64,000 bases of DNA from contig OZ219753.1 of the NCBI GenBank assembly GCA_964291315.2, positions 2,560,001 to 2,624,000 on the forward strand, in the 5' to 3' direction. The notes under the pieces are model-generated. The model had not been told where the DNA came from. It saw only the letters and a list, made by a program, of their open reading frames with translations, and did not search any database. The stretch comes from Candidatus Poribacteria bacterium (lineage in GTDB: Bacteria; Poribacteria; WGA-4E; WGA-3G). The number at the start of each line of letters is the position of its first letter. Within the stretch, counting starts at the first letter, position 1. Positions 60,875 through 64,000 of the stretch are shown one piece after another. A program made the position numbers and the translations under genes.

Positions 60875-61968
60875 ACCGTCTCTCTTGCAGCATCCACCCG
60901 CCTGAAGTAAAGGTGTGTGGTTAAAATTGCCCATATCGGCGCTAAAAAGGTGGCAATAAGCCCTTTAACGATAAGAATGGCAACTGTAGGAGCTACACCC
61001 AATACCTGAGGCAATGCTACCTCAAGATCAACACCGATGAAAAGTGACAAGAATTTTAGTGAGGAGAGCGCTGTACGAATAGGTGCAAGCTCAGGAACAA
61101 ACATGGAAAACACCAACAAAGCCACGCCGAGCAAAACAGCGATAAGAACCGAGGTTATCCAGCTTGTCAGGAGATAGATTCCGAGAAATCGGAATTTTAT
61201 ACCGTTAACCAACGTGTAGCTCCGGCGAAAAATGCCGATAACGGAGTTATCTTCAAGAATGAGACACGGGTTGTAAAGGCTTAACATCACCATAACATAG
61301 ATAATGTAGATATGGTGAACAAACATCATAACAAGGTATAATTCAAACCGGTAACTCCAAACACGCGGGACTGCAAGCTCGAAAATTAATATGAGAAAAC
61401 TGCTGACAGACATAGCTAGCATGAAAAGCAGTGCCGCGATGAAAACTGTAAGCGCCTTGCGTCCAGTGTGCCCCCACATTTCACGAGCCGTTGGCGGCGG
61501 CAATTCTGCATTATCTGAAGTCTGCGAAGCACTTGATATACGGGCAACGGCAAGTGAGAGCGGACAGAATGCGAAGAAAAAAAGGAAGAGGAAGGCTACA
61601 TTATCCAGGATTTTAAACTTAAATCCCCATTCCCATGTACCCCCCTCGCTATCAGTTGCGCTGAAATACGGAAAAGGCATGAACCCCCAATCTACACCAG
61701 ATGGAGAATATGTACCCGATATTGTTGATATTATCCCACTGCGCGTATTGATACTGCTGGTAGCTGTGTGAAGATTGGGCTGGCTGGGTATATGGACGGT
61801 ATTGTGCACCTGCTTTTCAGTTTGCGTGGCGATGCGGAAAAATTGTGCAATATCCAATGAGATTGCAAGGATAGCGACCGGTAACATGATACGCCAGAAT
61901 AACTGCCAGTGAGCGCAATATAATTTGATAATTGTTCTCGGAAGTTTGGTGCATCGGTTATCAGTCAT
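60871..61968 (-). CDS. Multi-pass membrane protein (divergent paralogue of the two upstream genes)
   Basis: GGAGG RBS before ATG 61968; ILE...RRSY.LV.G and LTT.LY motifs. Confidence 0.7.
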   Translation of the reverse strand: MTDNRCTKLPRTIIKLYCAHWQLFWRIMLPVAILAISLDIAQFFRIATQTEKQVHNTVHIPSQPNLHTATSSINTRSGIISTISGTYSPSGVDWGFMPFPYFSATDSEGGTWEWGFKFKILDNVAFLFLFFFAFCPLSLAVARISSASQTSDNAELPPPTAREMWGHTGRKALTVFIAALLFMLAMSVSSFLILIFELAVPRVWSYRFELYLVMMFVHHIYIIYVMVMLSLYNPCLILEDNSVIGIFRRSYTLVNGIKFRFLGIYLLTSWITSVLIAVLLGVALLVFSMFVPELAPIRTALSSLKFLSLFIGVDLEVALPQVLGVAPTVAILIVKGLIATFLAPIWAILTTHLYFRRVDAARETV

Positions 61969-62014
61969 TGTGAGCCTCCATGATATTTTGCTTAAAGAAT
62001 AGAGGAGTGAGTTT

Positions 62015-62887
62015 TTAATCCGGTGCCCGCATTTCAATATCAAACGCTTCTTTCCGAATGCGGAGATCGAAGTAGAGGAGCATAAAACCGATGATCCCGA
62101 TCGGCATCGTGAAGGTTCCAATGCCCAACATGACAAAACGCTGTATTGTGTAGGAAAACCATCCCATGTCGTCAAGACTGGGAGCAACGATACGACGAAG
62201 CGAATCCAACAGTGATGTAGCATCCCCGATTTCAATAATTCCTGCCAACGTAAGAACGAATTCGACGAAAATGTAAAGGATAACCGTTATCATGCCGGAG
62301 ATTAGATAAATGGCTACTGTAATTCCGGAAACTCGCCACCAGCTCCCTTCAACCAGTTCGCTGCTGCGTCCCAATGAATTCCAAGCGTTGGTCTCCTCAA
62401 GGAGTACTGGGAAACTATACAGGGACCACCGAATCGAGAAATAGATAGCAAAAGGAATTCCAAAAACTGTAATAAACAGGCCTAGGCACCCCAAAAGCCA
62501 TAAGATATTACTACCGAGATAGGGCCAAAAACGACGGGCTGCCTGCCGGAAGGCATCTCGCGGGGTAATTGCTTTCCGTAAGTAGATGTGCGTACTTGCA
62601 TATGTCAGTCCGGCATTTACCAAAAGAACAACGACAACTGTAGCCAGGGTAAAAACACCTAAGACTACAATACTTACACCTGCTTCCGCATTTAGAAGGT
62701 AAGCAAAGACTATATCCATACCGTATTCTAAAACGAGATAAACTGCTGCAATTGCCAACAATAAACGAAAGTGATCGCGATAGATAACGAATATCCCGTC
62801 GAGAATATCCGTAAAACCCATGGGTTGCAGGGACGGCGTATCGGTTCTAGTATCATTCGGATGTACTAATTCACTTTTTTCTTGCAT
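62015..62887 (-). CDS. Multi-pass membrane protein (GPDPase-membrane-domain-like)
   Basis: MGFTDILDG.F..YR; LLE...L.RS.ELV.G.WW; LYFDLRIRKE. Confidence 0.75.
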   Translation of the reverse strand: MQEKSELVHPNDTRTDTPSLQPMGFTDILDGIFVIYRDHFRLLLAIAAVYLVLEYGMDIVFAYLLNAEAGVSIVVLGVFTLATVVVVLLVNAGLTYASTHIYLRKAITPRDAFRQAARRFWPYLGSNILWLLGCLGLFITVFGIPFAIYFSIRWSLYSFPVLLEETNAWNSLGRSSELVEGSWWRVSGITVAIYLISGMITVILYIFVEFVLTLAGIIEIGDATSLLDSLRRIVAPSLDDMGWFSYTIQRFVMLGIGTFTMPIGIIGFMLLYFDLRIRKEAFDIEMRAPD

Positions 62888-62934
62888 GACTACTCCACCT
62901 TTGGAAAAATGGATTGATGTATCTGCCTATTTTA

Positions 62935-63825
62935 TCATATCTTGTATTTAGTGGCAAGGTTCCGCGAGAGATTCTTCCTTATCTCATCAATATCAAACCG
63001 TTCTCTCTGAATACGCTGGTTTAGGTATAAGAGCGTGACACCGATCACCCAAATTGGGAAGCTAATAACAGAAATCGCCAAGTGGATACCTGTCATAAGT
63101 ATATATAAGCCTAAATTATTATTGGCAAGTAAAACAGCAGAGAAGTCACCAATTATCGCCCATTTAATGATGTCTATCAGGTTTCCTTCACTAGCGACTC
63201 CGCTTGAGACGAGAATAATACCGACAGAAATTTCAAATACAGCATGGATTGCAACACTAATCAGGTAAACAGCGAGTAACATTCCACACACCTGCCACCA
63301 CCTGCCGCTAACGAGCTCGCTGCTCCGTCTCAAGGCATCGCGCACCGAGATGCTCTCAAGCAGCAGCGTTTCAACGAAGAAAGCCCAACGCACCGCAAAA
63401 TAGACTGCCAATGGAATACCAATTATTGTAATACTTAAAGCAGTGATCACCAATAACCACAGCATAGCACATGCCAGTAGCGGAAAAAACTGTTTCCCAA
63501 CGTGTTCTAAAGCAGAACGTGTCGTCATCGGTTCTTCTGAGTAGTGCAAGGCGGTCGCAACAACTATTCCGCCTATACTGACCAAAAAAAGAAGGAGATT
63601 GTTAATAATAGCTACTGCAAGGGCAATCGAATCTTGAGGCATGAAATCTAACAACACTCGGAGGATAAGGGCAGCAAAGATATTAATCGCAGCTATCTGT
63701 GCAAAGACTCGGAAGTATCGCCGATAGAGACTGAAGCTTCCGTCAAGAATATCTGTGAATCCCATCGATTGAAGTGTCCCTATTTCGCTATTTCCCGATT
63801 TTGATGTTTTAGCTGGTGGTAACAT
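62935..63825 (-). CDS. Multi-pass membrane protein, paralogue of 62015-62887
   Basis: MGFTDILDGSF..YR; LLE...LRRSSELV.GRWW; LY...RI..E.FD. Confidence 0.75.
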   Translation of the reverse strand: MLPPAKTSKSGNSEIGTLQSMGFTDILDGSFSLYRRYFRVFAQIAAINIFAALILRVLLDFMPQDSIALAVAIINNLLLFLVSIGGIVVATALHYSEEPMTTRSALEHVGKQFFPLLACAMLWLLVITALSITIIGIPLAVYFAVRWAFFVETLLLESISVRDALRRSSELVSGRWWQVCGMLLAVYLISVAIHAVFEISVGIILVSSGVASEGNLIDIIKWAIIGDFSAVLLANNNLGLYILMTGIHLAISVISFPIWVIGVTLLYLNQRIQRERFDIDEIRKNLSRNLATKYKI

Positions 63826-63866
63826 ATGTTCTCCATTTCACCGGAAATATTGGAACTTGCTAAATC

Positions 63867-63895
63867 ATTATACAATATAGGTTAATCCGTGTCAA
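63867..63895 (-). promoter_or_regulatory. sigma70 promoter of the membrane/MoxR operon
   Basis: Minus strand TTGACA-17 nt-TATAAT. Confidence 0.8.
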
Positions 63896-64000
63896 CGCCC
63901 CGAAAAGTGGCGATGTCTATCTCAAAATCGCCGCAATCCGAGAATAGCAGCCGTTATGCGTTGCGTTGTGCAGATAGGTGTGCTATACTCTACCTATTAC

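Noticed and set aside
61969-62235. N-terminal extension of the 454-aa ORF
   Set aside because: Overlaps the upstream gene; the GGAGG RBS supports ATG 61968
1-64000. tRNA (including tRNA-Sec), rRNA, integrase, transposase, dif or origin sites, and the many short antisense ORFs
   Set aside because: No convincing signatures seen by eye; short ORFs overlapping well-supported genes were treated as shadows

Overview
Bacterial chromosomal window of about 50 genes, mostly housekeeping or metabolic, with many near-consensus sigma70 promoters. The C-terminal motif AVEAQNRLTTTWGSLK, two PhyH dioxygenases, an ankyrin protein and a CRTAC1-like protein suggest Candidatus Poribacteria (inference). Recognisable genes: cysC, lexA, uvrB, a class A PBP, an M16 peptidase pair, cstA-xylA, thrC, scpA/scpB, a tRNA nucleotidyltransferase and a MoxR/DUF58/RDD/SpoIIM cluster. 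Main points of interest: (1) a rhodanese-MoeB fusion that the ORF caller splits at an in-frame TGA. The TGA sits at the conserved Cys position and is followed by a SECIS-like hairpin, so this is probably a selenoprotein. (2) An orphan type III-like Mod methyltransferase frameshifted at a C8 tract, either phase variation or an assembly error. (3) A shared alternating C/A to G/T composition pattern in both restriction-modification genes. (4) Two unnamed, highly base-paired intergenic RNA candidates. (5) A free-standing double-Cache lipoprotein with a near-identical 186-bp internal duplication. I found no rRNA, tRNA, CRISPR array or transposase. All family calls come from recognising motifs by eye, not from database searches.
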